Shown: positions 1 through 10,021 of the stretch, in pieces
How the letters are laid out: every line of letters begins with the position of its first letter
Position numbering within the stretch: position 1 is the stretch's first letter
Assembly: GCA_003524145.1 (NCBI GenBank)
Contig: DODZ01000020.1
Location: 12,325-76,324 of the forward strand
Direction: 5' to 3'
Origin: Candidatus Apopatosoma intestinale
GTDB lineage: Bacteria > Bacillota > Clostridia > Oscillospirales > CAG-272
Length of the DNA: 64,000 nt
Translations under genes and position numbers: made by a program
The notes under the pieces: model-generated
Seen by the model: only the letters and a program-made list of their open reading frames with translations
Database searches by the model: none
What the model was told of the DNA's origin: nothing

Positions 1-705
1 GGCAAAATGCCCTACGGGACGGCGGAAGGCACTGCCCGCGCTCGGATATTCGAGCGGCTGCTTGTCTTTTCGTGCTGCCATGTTGGAAGCCATTTTTTCT
101 TCTATTTCCGCGCGGTCACCGCGATGCAGTGCAAATGTTGCCGAGAGCAGAAGATAAGGTTTGTGCTGAAAAATGCTCTCCCTGTAGCCGAGCGCAAGCT
201 CTGCGGCAGGCGCGCGGTGAAGCGTTTCCGTTTCCGTGTCGAAATATTCGACCTCGGTGAGCGTATCCTTTATCTCGCCGCCGTATGCGCCCGCATTCAT
301 ATATACCGCGCCGCCGACGCTCCCGGGAATGCCGAAGGCAAATTCAAGCCCCGATAGGGAAGCATTTTTTGCGATGGTGCTGAGTGCCGAGAGCGGAAGC
401 CCGCATTCCGAACGGATGATGTTTTCCGAGACCTCTGTTTTATTGACCCACTTTGTAAATATCACTGCACCCGAAAAACCGCCGTCGTCGAAAAGAACAT
501 TCGAGCCGCAACCTATGACTCTGCACGGAATATCAAATTCGCGGCAGGCGGCAACGGCGAAAACAAGTGCGTTTTTGTTCTCTGGGAAAATCGCATAGCG
601 CGCTTCTCCGCCTATTTTGAAAGTGCTGTATTTTGCAAGTCCTTCGTTTTGCTTTATCTGCGTGTCGCCGCGTGCTGCAATAACGGAAAGGAAATCCTCT
701 CTCAT
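1..705 (-). CDS. murB: UDP-N-acetylenolpyruvoylglucosamine reductase MurB (C-terminal end lies beyond the window edge)
   Basis: Own translation of the minus strand from ATG 705-703, with GGAGG 5 nt upstream: MREDFLSVIAARG...LAKYSTFKIGGEARY...GCGSNVLFDD...FGIPGSVGGAVYMNAGAYGGE...YPSAGSAFRRP. The frame stays open to position 1, and it is absent from the ORF track because there is no stop in the window. Confidence 0.85.
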   Translation of the reverse strand, partial: MREDFLSVIAARGDTQIKQNEGLAKYSTFKIGGEARYAIFPENKNALVFAVAACREFDIPCRVIGCGSNVLFDDGGFSGAVIFTKWVNKTEVSENIIRSECGLPLSALSTIAKNASLSGLEFAFGIPGSVGGAVYMNAGAYGGEIKDTLTEVEYFDTETETLHRAPAAELALGYRESIFQHKPYLLLSATFALHRGDRAEIEEKMASNMAARKDKQPLEYPSAGSAFRRPVGHFA

Positions 706-794
706 ACATACCTCCGAACATAATTATACATAATAAGTATACCACATAAGTCGGAATATTGGTATAGCTTTTTGCAAAAAAATTCAAAAATTTA

Positions 795-823
795 TTGACA
801 AACGAAAAAAGATATGATATCAT
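795..823 (+). promoter_or_regulatory. sigma-A-type promoter, TTGACA-17-TATCAT
   Basis: TTGACA at 795-800, a 17-nt spacer, and TATCAT at 818-823, about 40 nt upstream of the Crp/Fnr gene. Confidence 0.5.
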
Positions 824-861
824 GAATGTGTACCAAATGATACAGTTTTGGAGATAAAACC

Positions 862-1527
862 ATGAAAGAAGAAACGCTCGGCAAAATACTTTCGCAAAGT
901 CCCGTTTTTTCTGGTGCTTCGCACGATACTCTTGCACGCCTTTGCTCGTGCAATGTGCGCGGCTTTCGCGGCGGCGAGACTATATATTCGCCCGCGAGCT
1001 TCTTTCGCGGCATAGGCATGGTGATAAGCGGAACGCTTGCTGTCCACGGAAAGAACGGAGAGAGAGATATCCTGCTACGCACGATAGACAAAGGGGGGAT
1101 TTTCGGAGCAGCGGCTCTTTTCGGCGGCAACGGCGAATATGTGAGCACTGTTTCGGCAAAGAAGAAAAGCGAGGTGCTTTTTGTGCCGGAGGAGACGCTC
1201 TCGGAGATATTCATGCTTGACAGCGGCGTTTCGCTTGCCTATATACGCTTTCTCACGGAGAGAATACGCTTTCTCAATGGGAAAATAACGGGCTTCTCCA
1301 CTCCGGATACAGAGAGTGCCGTCGCACTGTCGCTCCTTTCGGCTATGCCGGAAAGCGGCGGGGAATTTTCCGTCAATGCTTCACGTATGTCATATGCGCT
1401 CGGCATAGGGCGGGCTTCGGTATACAGAGCTTTTGCCTCTCTCTCGGAGGACGGTATCATAACATACGGGAACGGCAGGGTTACCGTTCTCGATAAAGCT
1501 CGTTTATATGGTGCAACGAGAAAATAA
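862..1527 (+). CDS. Crp/Fnr family transcriptional regulator
   Basis: 221 aa with an N-terminal cNMP-binding-like beta-roll (GETIYSP...GIGMVISGTL...GGIFGAAALF) and a C-terminal HTH (SRMSYALGIGRASVYRAFASLSEDGII). Confidence 0.8.
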   Translation: MKEETLGKILSQSPVFSGASHDTLARLCSCNVRGFRGGETIYSPASFFRGIGMVISGTLAVHGKNGERDILLRTIDKGGIFGAAALFGGNGEYVSTVSAKKKSEVLFVPEETLSEIFMLDSGVSLAYIRFLTERIRFLNGKITGFSTPDTESAVALSLLSAMPESGGEFSVNASRMSYALGIGRASVYRAFASLSEDGIITYGNGRVTVLDKARLYGATRK

Positions 1528-1549
1528 ACGATTTCGGAGGAAAAACAAA

Positions 1550-2515
1550 ATGAAAAAAATATTTGCATTACTGCTTGCGCTTGCAATGGTATTTGCATTT
1601 TTCTCCTGCGGCAAGGTTCAGGAGGAAGCTGTAACGGTTCGCATGATTGCACTCAAAGGACCGACAGGCATGGGCGTATCCAAGCTCATGGCTGATAACG
1701 ACGACGGAAAGACGAAAAACAAATATAATTTTACGATAGCTGCCGCTCCGACGGAGGTTTCAGCCGCAGTCATCGGCGAAAAGGTGGATTTCGCCGCCAT
1801 GCCGGTAAATCTCGCGTCAGTGCTGATAAACAAGGGCGCGGATATAAGCCTCGTGGCTGTGAACACGCTCGGCGTGCTCTATGTTCTCGAAAACGGCAAT
1901 GAAGTGACCGATATCGCTTCGCTTAAGGGCAAGACGATATATTCCACGGGTGCAGGCGCAACACCTCAGTATGTGCTCGAATATATCCTTGAGAAAAACG
2001 GCATCGACCCCGAAAAGGATGTTACCATAGAGTACCTTTCCGAGCATGCGGAGCTTGCGGCAAAGCTTGCGGCGGGCGAGGTTTCCATAGGCGTGCTTCC
2101 CGAGCCGAATGTCACAAGCGCACTCATCAACGGCAAGGGCAATCTGCGCATCGCTCTCGATATCACGTCAGAGTGGGACAAGGTCAGCACAAGCAAGCTC
2201 GCGCAGGGCTGTATCGTCGTTTCCAATAAGTTCAGGAGAGAGCATCCCGAGGCATACAAGGCTGTTGTTTCCGAGCTTGCGGCATCGGTAGAATATGTAA
2301 ATGCAAATGGTGAAGAAGCATCAAAGCTCATCGAAAAATACGGTATCATTCCGAAGGCGGCTCTGGCGAAGAAGGCGCTCCCGAACTGCAATATCTGCTT
2401 TATCACGGGCGATGACGCCAATAAGTGCATGCAGGATATGCTCGCCGTGCTTTTTGAGGCAAATCCCGCTTCTGTCGGCGGCAAGCTTCCCGCAGATTCC
2501 TTCTACGGAAAATAA
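1550..2515 (+). CDS. ABC transporter substrate-binding lipoprotein, NMT1/THI5-like (NitT/TauT family)
   Basis: Internal ATG at 1550 preceded by GGAGG. Signal peptide with lipobox MKKIFALLLALAMVFAFFSCGK. Periplasmic-binding-protein-like sequence, immediately followed by permease and ATPase genes. Confidence 0.7.
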   Translation: MKKIFALLLALAMVFAFFSCGKVQEEAVTVRMIALKGPTGMGVSKLMADNDDGKTKNKYNFTIAAAPTEVSAAVIGEKVDFAAMPVNLASVLINKGADISLVAVNTLGVLYVLENGNEVTDIASLKGKTIYSTGAGATPQYVLEYILEKNGIDPEKDVTIEYLSEHAELAAKLAAGEVSIGVLPEPNVTSALINGKGNLRIALDITSEWDKVSTSKLAQGCIVVSNKFRREHPEAYKAVVSELAASVEYVNANGEEASKLIEKYGIIPKAALAKKALPNCNICFITGDDANKCMQDMLAVLFEANPASVGGKLPADSFYGK

Positions 2516-2536
2516 TACTTTTTGACGGAGGGCAAA

Positions 2537-3334
2537 ATGACCTTGCCGAAAATTAAAAAGACAAATACAGGCAATAAAAGCAAAGCGGCGGCGCGTATTT
2601 TACGCGCCCTGCTTTGCTTCGCTTTCTGGATAGGAATATGGTATATAGCGGCGGCGGCGCTGGGCAAGGCGGTCATTCTCCCCATGCCGCACGATGTGGC
2701 AAAAAGGCTTATCACGCTTGCCGGCACAAAGGATTTTGTGCTGACCTGCCTGCGCTCACTCGGATCTGTTTTCGCGGGGATATTTTTCGGCATGGCTTTC
2801 GGCGGCGTGCTCGCCGTGCTCTCGCATTTTATTCCCGTAGTGAAAACGCTCGCTTCGCCGATGCTTTCCGTAGTCAAGGCGACGCCCGTGGCTTCATTTA
2901 TCATACTCCTGCTTTTCCTTGTGAACAAAACGGCGGTGCCGCCGATAGCTACCTCGCTTATCGTGATGCCGATAGTTTATTCCAATGTGACAAAAGGCTT
3001 TTCCTCCGTGCCGCGTGAAAAATCCGAGGTGGCGCGGATATACCGCTTTGACGCGGTGAAAAAATGGAAATACTGTTACCTGCCGTGCATAATGCCGTAT
3101 TTTGCGGCGGCTTGCAGAAGCGCTGTCGGCATGGCATGGAAAGCGGGAATCGCCGCCGAAGTCATATGCTCGCCAAAAGGCACGATAGGCTCCGCACTCT
3201 ACAATGCGAAAATCTATCTCGAATCCGAGGATATGTTCGCATGGACTGCAGCGGTGATAATACTCAGCATAGTGATAGAAAAGCTGATAGTAAATCTGAT
3301 ACTCGGTCGCTTTGAAAAGGAGGAGAGAGCATGA
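2537..3334 (+). CDS. ABC transporter permease (NitT/TauT/SsuC-like)
   Basis: Multi-pass membrane protein in the BPD-transporter style. ATG at 2537 follows GGAGGG, and the 3' end overlaps the ATPase start (ATGA at 3331). Confidence 0.75.
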   Translation: MTLPKIKKTNTGNKSKAAARILRALLCFAFWIGIWYIAAAALGKAVILPMPHDVAKRLITLAGTKDFVLTCLRSLGSVFAGIFFGMAFGGVLAVLSHFIPVVKTLASPMLSVVKATPVASFIILLLFLVNKTAVPPIATSLIVMPIVYSNVTKGFSSVPREKSEVARIYRFDAVKKWKYCYLPCIMPYFAAACRSAVGMAWKAGIAAEVICSPKGTIGSALYNAKIYLESEDMFAWTAAVIILSIVIEKLIVNLILGRFEKEERA

Positions 3335-3936
3335 TAAGGCTGGACGGAATATGCAAAAGCTACGGCGAAAAAAGCGTTCTTAACGGTGTTTCTCTCCATG
3401 TGGGCGATGGGGAAAAGGTTGCGATAATGGGCGAATCCGGCTGCGGCAAAACCACGCTTTTCCGCATAATCGCGGGGCTTGAGCTGCCGGACTCGGGAAG
3501 TGTTTCCGCCGCACCGCCGGACGGCAGGATATCATATTGCTTTGCCGAGCCGCGCCTTTTCGAAAATGCGGACGCTCTCGGAAATGTGACGCTCGTTTTC
3601 CCGCGCGGCGACGCAAAGGTAAGCGAAAAGAGGGCCAAAGAGATACTCACGGCTCTCGGGATGACGGATTTTCATGCATATCCACGCGAGCTTTCCACCG
3701 GAATGGCACAGCGCGTTTCGCTTGCCCGCGCGATAGCGTATGACGCGCTCCTCTTCCTGCTTGACGAGCCTTTTCGCGGGCTGGACGCGCAGATGCGCGA
3801 TGAGGTCATGGCTTATCTTTTGGAGGCACTGCGCGAAAAAACCGTGCTGATGATAACTCACAGCGCGGAAGAAGCGGAAAGGCTCACCGAAAGGACGCTT
3901 GTCCTCTCGGATGGTATGCTTTGCGAAAAAATGTAA
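3331..3936 (+). CDS. ABC transporter ATP-binding protein (short, atypical Q-loop)
   Basis: Walker A GESGCGKTT, signature LSTGMAQRV, Walker B LLFLLDEPF, H-loop ITHS. Confidence 0.8.
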   Translation: MIRLDGICKSYGEKSVLNGVSLHVGDGEKVAIMGESGCGKTTLFRIIAGLELPDSGSVSAAPPDGRISYCFAEPRLFENADALGNVTLVFPRGDAKVSEKRAKEILTALGMTDFHAYPRELSTGMAQRVSLARAIAYDALLFLLDEPFRGLDAQMRDEVMAYLLEALREKTVLMITHSAEEAERLTERTLVLSDGMLCEKM

Positions 3937-4088
3937 ACACGAATATTTACGCATGACGGCGAAGCTCCGATGTGCAAAAAAGTACCTTCTGTTTGGTATA
4001 AAATTCACAACAGATTGTTACTTTTGCACAAGAGGGGCTTCGCTCTTTGATTATTAAGGAGAATTTTCAAAAAACGCTTGAAAAACGC

Positions 4089-4117
4089 TTGAAAAAAGAG
4101 CGTTTTAAGTATATAAT
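4089..4117 (+). promoter_or_regulatory. glg operon promoter, TTGAAA-17-TATAAT
   Basis: TTGAAA at 4089-4094, a 17-nt spacer, and TATAAT at 4112-4117. It is embedded in direct and inverted repeats (see findings). Confidence 0.5.
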
Positions 4118-4167
4118 AAACATGAATAATAAAACTATTTTGGGAAAAATCACAAAATCGAAGGGCA

Positions 4168-6126
4168 GTGAATTGTTTGCAGAAAAACACGGATATGGCA
4201 CCCGTACTTTTTAGCGGAGGTGTGAATTTTTACGCGTATGACTACCTCGGAGCGCACATGACCGAGCGCGGCGGGGAATATACATATACCTTCCGCCTCT
4301 GGGCGCCGAATGCAAAAAGCGTTTATCTCGTCGGCGACTTCAACTCGTGGAGCGAAAGCGAAAACCCGATGGAGAAGGATGAGGAAAACGGTATCTGGCA
4401 CTGCGAGATAACGAGACCCTGCAGACTTGAAGGAAACAAATACAAATATGCCGTAACGGGGGCGGACGGCAGACTCCGCATGAAGGCGGATCCCTACTGC
4501 CTCTACAGCGAAACGCTCGCAAAGAGCGCATCGATAATCTGCGATATCGGCGGCTACGAATGGGGCGACGGTGCCTATATGGCAAAGCGCGGCGACATTC
4601 TGAAAAAAGGCGCGGAAAAGGGGCATTTTTACCCTGCTCCGATGAATATATACGAGCTTCACGCAGGCTCATGGAAAACGCGCGACGGCAGGACGAACGT
4701 CGACGGCGACGCGTACCTGAATTACCGCGAGATAGCGGACGAGCTTGCGCCTTATCTCACCGATATGGGATATACCCATGTTGAGCTGATGCCGATAGCA
4801 GAGCATCCCTATGACGGCTCGTGGGGCTATCAGATCTGCGAATATTATGCGCCGACCTCGCGCTTCGGAGAGCCGCAGGATTTTATGTATTTTGTCGATA
4901 AGCTGCACGAGAGCGGCATCGGCGTGATAATGGACTGGGTTCCCGCGCATTTTCCGAAAGACGAGCACGGGCTTTCCGACTTTGACGGCACGCGCCTATA
5001 CGAATATCAGGGCGACGACCGCTTTGAGCAGAAAACATGGGGCACGAGATGCTTTGATGTCGGCAGACCCGAGGTGCAGTCGTTCCTCGTTTCAAATGCG
5101 CTTTTCTGGATGAGAAAATATCATATCGACGGACTGCGCATAGACGCAGTGGCTTCCATGCTCTACCTTGACTATGACCGCAAGCCCGGCGAATGGATAC
5201 CGAACGAACACGGCGGCAACGAATGCCTTGAGGCGATAGCTTTCTTCCGCAAGCTGAATACGGCGGTTTTCGCGGAATTTCCCGCGGCGCTGATGATAGC
5301 CGAGGAATCGACGGCTTGGCCGATGATAACAAAGCCCGCGGATGTCGGCGGGCTGGGATTCAATTTCAAATGGAATATGGGCTGGGCAAACGATATGTTC
5401 GAATATATGCAGACAGACCCCTATTTCCGCTCGGGAATACATAATAAGCTCACCTTCCCGATGATGTATGCTTTCTCCGAAAATTATATATTGCCGGTTT
5501 CTCACGACGAGGTCGTTCACGGAAAAAAATCCCTGCTCGACAAGATGTTCGGCGAATATGAGGACAAGTTCCGCGCGATGCGCGTTTTCATGGCTTATAT
5601 GATGACGCTTCCCGGCAAGAAGATGCTCTTTATGGGCACGGAGTACGGTCCTTTCCGCGAATGGGATTATGAAAACGAACTCGAATGGTTCATGCTGAAA
5701 TATCCCGCACACGGGGCAATGCACGGATATATTCGTGCGCTCAATAAATTCTATCTTTCGACTCCCGCGCTCTATGAAATAGACGATTCGTGGGAAGGCT
5801 TTGAATGGATAGATGCCGACCTTGCCGCGATGAACCTTATCTCCTACAGGAGAATCGATACGCGTGGCAGAGGCGTTTATATTGTCCTTAATTTCGCTCC
5901 GGTGGAGTGGGATTACGAGATGCGCGTGAAGCGCCGCGGCGAATATGAGGTGATATTCTCCTCCGACGATAAAAAGTACGGCGGGAGCGGCACGGCGGGA
6001 GAGGGCACGACCTACCGCGCATACGGCAAAAAAATAGGTGACAAAACAGAACAGCTGATAAAAATGAAAATTCCGAGCTACGGTGCTCTGATACTGAAAA
6101 GCAAATCTCCGGCAAAGAAAAAATGA
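4168..6126 (+). CDS. glgB: 1,4-alpha-glucan branching enzyme GlgB (start uncertain: GTG 4168 or ATG 4195)
   Basis: GH13 branching-enzyme motifs MDWVPAHFPKD, IDGLRIDAVASMLYLDY, MIAEESTAWP and PVSHDEVVHGKKSL. First gene of a glgBCDAP arrangement. Confidence 0.92.
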   Translation: MNCLQKNTDMAPVLFSGGVNFYAYDYLGAHMTERGGEYTYTFRLWAPNAKSVYLVGDFNSWSESENPMEKDEENGIWHCEITRPCRLEGNKYKYAVTGADGRLRMKADPYCLYSETLAKSASIICDIGGYEWGDGAYMAKRGDILKKGAEKGHFYPAPMNIYELHAGSWKTRDGRTNVDGDAYLNYREIADELAPYLTDMGYTHVELMPIAEHPYDGSWGYQICEYYAPTSRFGEPQDFMYFVDKLHESGIGVIMDWVPAHFPKDEHGLSDFDGTRLYEYQGDDRFEQKTWGTRCFDVGRPEVQSFLVSNALFWMRKYHIDGLRIDAVASMLYLDYDRKPGEWIPNEHGGNECLEAIAFFRKLNTAVFAEFPAALMIAEESTAWPMITKPADVGGLGFNFKWNMGWANDMFEYMQTDPYFRSGIHNKLTFPMMYAFSENYILPVSHDEVVHGKKSLLDKMFGEYEDKFRAMRVFMAYMMTLPGKKMLFMGTEYGPFREWDYENELEWFMLKYPAHGAMHGYIRALNKFYLSTPALYEIDDSWEGFEWIDADLAAMNLISYRRIDTRGRGVYIVLNFAPVEWDYEMRVKRRGEYEVIFSSDDKKYGGSGTAGEGTTYRAYGKKIGDKTEQLIKMKIPSYGALILKSKSPAKKK

Positions 6127-6165
6127 CTTTAATTTTTTGAAAATATATTAAGGAGGACTCTTTCT

Positions 6166-7368
6166 ATGTACAGAAAAAAAGAATGCGTGGCAATGCTGCT
6201 CGCGGGAGGACAGGGAAGCCGTCTCTATGCGCTTACCGAGAAAACGGCAAAGCCTGCCGTGCCCTTCGGCGGCAAATACAGAATCATTGATTTTCCGATG
6301 TCAAACTGCGTGAATTCGGGTATAGATACAGTCGGTGTGCTTACGCAGTACCAGCCCCTCGTACTCAATGAGTACATCGGCAACGGACAGCCGTGGGATC
6401 TTGACCGCACGCGCGGCGGCGTTATGGTGCTTCCGCCGTATCAGGGTAAAAAATCCTCCGACTGGTATAAGGGTACGGCAAATGCCATATATCAGAATCT
6501 GAATTTCATCGAGAGATATGATGCGGACTATGTTCTCGTGCTTTCGGGCGACCATATCTACAAGATGAACTACAGCAAGATGCTCGCCGCTCACAAGGCG
6601 ACGAATGCCGACTGCACGATAGCCGTGCTGGAGGTTCCGATGGATCAGGCGAGCCGCTTCGGCATACTGAATACAAATCCCGACGGCACTATATACGAAT
6701 TTGAGGAAAAGCCGAAGAAGCCGAAGAGCAATAAAGCTTCCATGGGTATTTACATTTTCAAAGCCGATGTGCTGAAAAAATATCTTACCGAGGACGATTC
6801 CGATGAGAACTCATCAAACGATTTCGGCAAGAATATCATTCCGAAAATGCTCGGCGACGGCAAGAAGATGTGCGCTTATCTTTTCGAAGGCTACTGGAAG
6901 GATGTCGGCACGATAAAGAGCCTCTGGGAGGCGAATATGGATCTGCTCGGAGATAATCCCGCCTTCGACCTCTATGACAGGTCATGGCGTATTTTCTACC
7001 GCCACAGCGCAGAGCCGCCTCAGAAGCTTTATGCGGGCTCTGTCGTCGAAAATTCGATGGTTACCGAGGGCTGCAAGATACACGGCACGGTGAAAGACTC
7101 CGTACTATCCGAGGGTGTTATCGTTGAAGCGGGTGCCACCGTCATAAACAGCGTCGTCATGCGCGGTGCGCATATATGCAGCGGAGCTACCGTTGAATAT
7201 TCCATAATTGATCAGAACAGCGTGATAGGAGAGGGCGCACACATCGGTGCCTGCAACGGAAGCGACGGAATATCCGTTATCGCCGAGGAGCTGAATATAA
7301 AACCGAATGCCGTGATAGGGCGCGGTGAAATGATAGATGACGCCAATGCGGGCGACTACATAAACTGA
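6166..7368 (+). CDS. glgC: glucose-1-phosphate adenylyltransferase GlgC
   Basis: [42 protein letters not shown], with a C-terminal left-handed beta-helix. AAGGAGG RBS. Confidence 0.92.
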   Translation: MYRKKECVAMLLAGGQGSRLYALTEKTAKPAVPFGGKYRIIDFPMSNCVNSGIDTVGVLTQYQPLVLNEYIGNGQPWDLDRTRGGVMVLPPYQGKKSSDWYKGTANAIYQNLNFIERYDADYVLVLSGDHIYKMNYSKMLAAHKATNADCTIAVLEVPMDQASRFGILNTNPDGTIYEFEEKPKKPKSNKASMGIYIFKADVLKKYLTEDDSDENSSNDFGKNIIPKMLGDGKKMCAYLFEGYWKDVGTIKSLWEANMDLLGDNPAFDLYDRSWRIFYRHSAEPPQKLYAGSVVENSMVTEGCKIHGTVKDSVLSEGVIVEAGATVINSVVMRGAHICSGATVEYSIIDQNSVIGEGAHIGACNGSDGISVIAEELNIKPNAVIGRGEMIDDANAGDYIN

Positions 7369-7387
7369 AAACGGGGAGGATAAGAGC

Positions 7388-8521
7388 ATGAAAACAGCGG
7401 GTATAATTTTTTCAAATATACATGACAGCAATATTCCGGAGCTTACGAGATACCGTACTCTTGCATCGATTCCTTTCGGATGCAGATACCGTCTCGTGGA
7501 TTTTGCCCTTTCGAATATGGTAAATTCCGATATAAACAATATCAGCATCATCACCCATTATAATTACCAATCGCTCATGGACCATGTCGGAAGCGGCAAG
7601 GACTGGGATCTGGCACGCAGAAGCGGCGGCGTGAAAATTCTTCCGCCGTATATCACGGCTTATGCCAACAATGTAAATTCGCTCTACAATACGCGCCTTG
7701 AAGCGCTCAAGAGCGTAAACTACAGCATATCGAATATAAATGCCGATTATGTTGCTCTCTCCGATTGCGATGTGATATGCAATATAGACCTCAGTGCCAT
7801 GATAGCAGACCATGTGGCAAGCGGAGCGGATATCACCATGGCTGTTCAGCGTATGCACCTCACAAGAGAGAAGGCAAAGGCGAATGTCATAGTCAAATAC
7901 GACAATACGGGCAGAATAACGGATATGGAGGCTTATCCTACGAATTTCGAGGGAGAAGCCGATATAAATCTGAATATCCTCGTCATGTCTGCGGCTTATC
8001 TCAAGGAGATAGTCATGGATGCGATAGCGCACAACTATGTCAGCATGACGCGCGATGTTTTCCTGCGAAATTTAAAGCATCGCAACTACAGGGTATATAA
8101 ATTTGACGGATATTTCTCATGTATCTCTTCTATGAGCGATTATTTCCGCCACAATATGGAGCTTATCTCCAATGAAGAGGGATACCGCGAGCTTTTTGAG
8201 ATAGAGAGCCGTCCGATATATACAAAGGTACGTAACTCTGCGCCCACATATTACGGTCCGGATGCCAAGGTCAGGGATTCGCTCATTGCCGACGGCTGCC
8301 GCATTTACGGCACGGTGGAAAACAGCATTCTTTTCCGCGGAGTGAAGATAGGCAAAAATGCAATAGTCAAAAATTCCATTCTCTATCAGGATGTATTTAC
8401 GGGCGAGAATGTCACGCTCGGCTATATCGTTGCCGACAAGAATGTAGTAATCCGTGACGGAGTGACGCTTTCCGGTCACGAGACGTTGCCTTTCTATATA
8501 GAAAAGGGCAAGATGGTTTAA
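7388..8521 (+). CDS. glgD: glucose-1-phosphate adenylyltransferase regulatory subunit GlgD
   Basis: GlgC paralogue (RTLASIPFGCRYRLVDFALSNMVNS) that lacks the GGxGxRL loop. It sits between glgC and glgA, as in Bacillus. Confidence 0.85.
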   Translation: MKTAGIIFSNIHDSNIPELTRYRTLASIPFGCRYRLVDFALSNMVNSDINNISIITHYNYQSLMDHVGSGKDWDLARRSGGVKILPPYITAYANNVNSLYNTRLEALKSVNYSISNINADYVALSDCDVICNIDLSAMIADHVASGADITMAVQRMHLTREKAKANVIVKYDNTGRITDMEAYPTNFEGEADINLNILVMSAAYLKEIVMDAIAHNYVSMTRDVFLRNLKHRNYRVYKFDGYFSCISSMSDYFRHNMELISNEEGYRELFEIESRPIYTKVRNSAPTYYGPDAKVRDSLIADGCRIYGTVENSILFRGVKIGKNAIVKNSILYQDVFTGENVTLGYIVADKNVVIRDGVTLSGHETLPFYIEKGKMV

Positions 8522-8535
8522 CGGGGGATATATTT

Positions 8536-9969
8536 ATGAAGAAGATACTTTTCGCGGGAGCGGAGGCAATGCCTTTTGCGGCAACGGGCGGACTCGGCGA
8601 TGTAATGGGTTCGCTTCCGATAGCACTAAAGGCTGCCCGCCCCGACTGGGATATACGCGCCGTGTTGCCTCTTTATTCAAAGATAAGCGACGAATATCGC
8701 GCCGAGATGAAATTTGAATGTTGGACTACCGTTGCCGTTTCGTGGCGTCAGCAGTACTGCGGAATATTCTCACTCGAACGCGGTGGCGTGAAATATTATT
8801 TCATAGATAACGAATACTATTTCAAGCGCGATGCGCTTTACGGCTTTTTTGACGACGGCGAGAGATTTGCCTTCTTCTCAAACGCGATACTCGCGCTCAT
8901 GGGAATGGTTGATTTCTTCCCCGATGTCTACAGCGCAAACGACTGGCAGACGGCACTTTCCGTAATCCTGCTCAAGCGCAGAAACGGCATGAGCCCCGGA
9001 TATTCCGGCGTGAAAGCCGTATATACAATCCACAATATCGAATATCAGGGCGTATACGGCAGGGAAACGATGGGCGACCTCTTCGGGCTTGATGAGATGG
9101 ACGCCTCTACCGTTGAATTTGACGGAGCCGTGAACCTTACCAAGGGCGCGATACTTTGTGCCGATGCCGTAACCACCGTCAGCCCGAAATACGCCGAGGA
9201 AATCCAGACGCCGTTCTTTGCGCATGGGCTTCATGATATCCTGCGCGAGCACAGTTTCAAGCTCAGCGGCATAGTAAACGGCATAGATACTGACTTTTAC
9301 AATCCGAAAACGGATAAGGACTTGAAATTCAATTATTCCTACCGCGGACTCACGGGAAAAGGGAAGAACAAGGCGGCGCTTCAGGAGGAATACGGACTGC
9401 CTGTTTGTCCCGATGTGCCTGTGATAGCAATGGTTTCGCGGCTTGTCGACCACAAGGGCTTTGACCTTGTGCGCGAGGTGGCATATGAACTGCTTTCGCG
9501 CGATATGCAGTTTGTTCTGCTCGGCACGGGCGACTATGATACCGAATGTTTCTTCCGCGAATATGCGGCGAGAAGCGGCGGCAAGGCGGGCGTGAAGATA
9601 GAGTACAACAGAAAGCTCTCCAAGCTCGTATATGCGGGCGCGGACATGTTCCTCATGCCCTCAAGAAGCGAGCCATGCGGTCTTGCGCAGATGATAGCTT
9701 CACGCTACGGCACCGTGCCGATAGTGCGCGAGGCGGGCGGTCTATATGACACGATAAAGCCCTATTACGAGGGCGATGGCAACGGTTTTACCTTTGCCGC
9801 ATACAATGCGCGCGATATGCTCAGCGTGATAGATCAGGCAATAGCTCTCTATCATGATAAGGAGAAGTGGACGGCACTTGTGAAAAAGGTAATGAAAACA
9901 GACTTTTCATGGAATGTTTCGGCGGAAAAATATGCGGAGCTTTTTCTCTCGCTTTCTCCGGAAAACTAA
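8536..9969 (+). CDS. glgA: glycogen synthase GlgA (GT5)
   Basis: N-terminal AEAMPFAATGGLGDV. C-terminal GT-B motifs MPSRSEPCGLAQMIASRYGTVPIVREAGGLYDT. Confidence 0.92.
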   Translation: MKKILFAGAEAMPFAATGGLGDVMGSLPIALKAARPDWDIRAVLPLYSKISDEYRAEMKFECWTTVAVSWRQQYCGIFSLERGGVKYYFIDNEYYFKRDALYGFFDDGERFAFFSNAILALMGMVDFFPDVYSANDWQTALSVILLKRRNGMSPGYSGVKAVYTIHNIEYQGVYGRETMGDLFGLDEMDASTVEFDGAVNLTKGAILCADAVTTVSPKYAEEIQTPFFAHGLHDILREHSFKLSGIVNGIDTDFYNPKTDKDLKFNYSYRGLTGKGKNKAALQEEYGLPVCPDVPVIAMVSRLVDHKGFDLVREVAYELLSRDMQFVLLGTGDYDTECFFREYAARSGGKAGVKIEYNRKLSKLVYAGADMFLMPSRSEPCGLAQMIASRYGTVPIVREAGGLYDTIKPYYEGDGNGFTFAAYNARDMLSVIDQAIALYHDKEKWTALVKKVMKTDFSWNVSAEKYAELFLSLSPEN

Positions 9970-10021
9970 TTGAAAATAAAAAAGCAAAAAACATTTAACT
10001 CAGGGGGAAAACACCGCAATT

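Noticed and set aside
826-845. TGTA-N8-TACA just downstream of the -10 of the Crp/Fnr gene promoter, considered as a possible Crp/Fnr box.
   Set aside because: Only 4 bp per half-site match. That is too short to distinguish from chance, and it does not match TGTGA-N6-TCACA or TTGAT-N4-ATCAA.
4069-4106. A possible CcpA cre site in the glg promoter repeats.
   Set aside because: I could not align the sequence to TGWNANCGNTNWCA with the central CG in register. It is reported only as an unassigned inverted/direct repeat.
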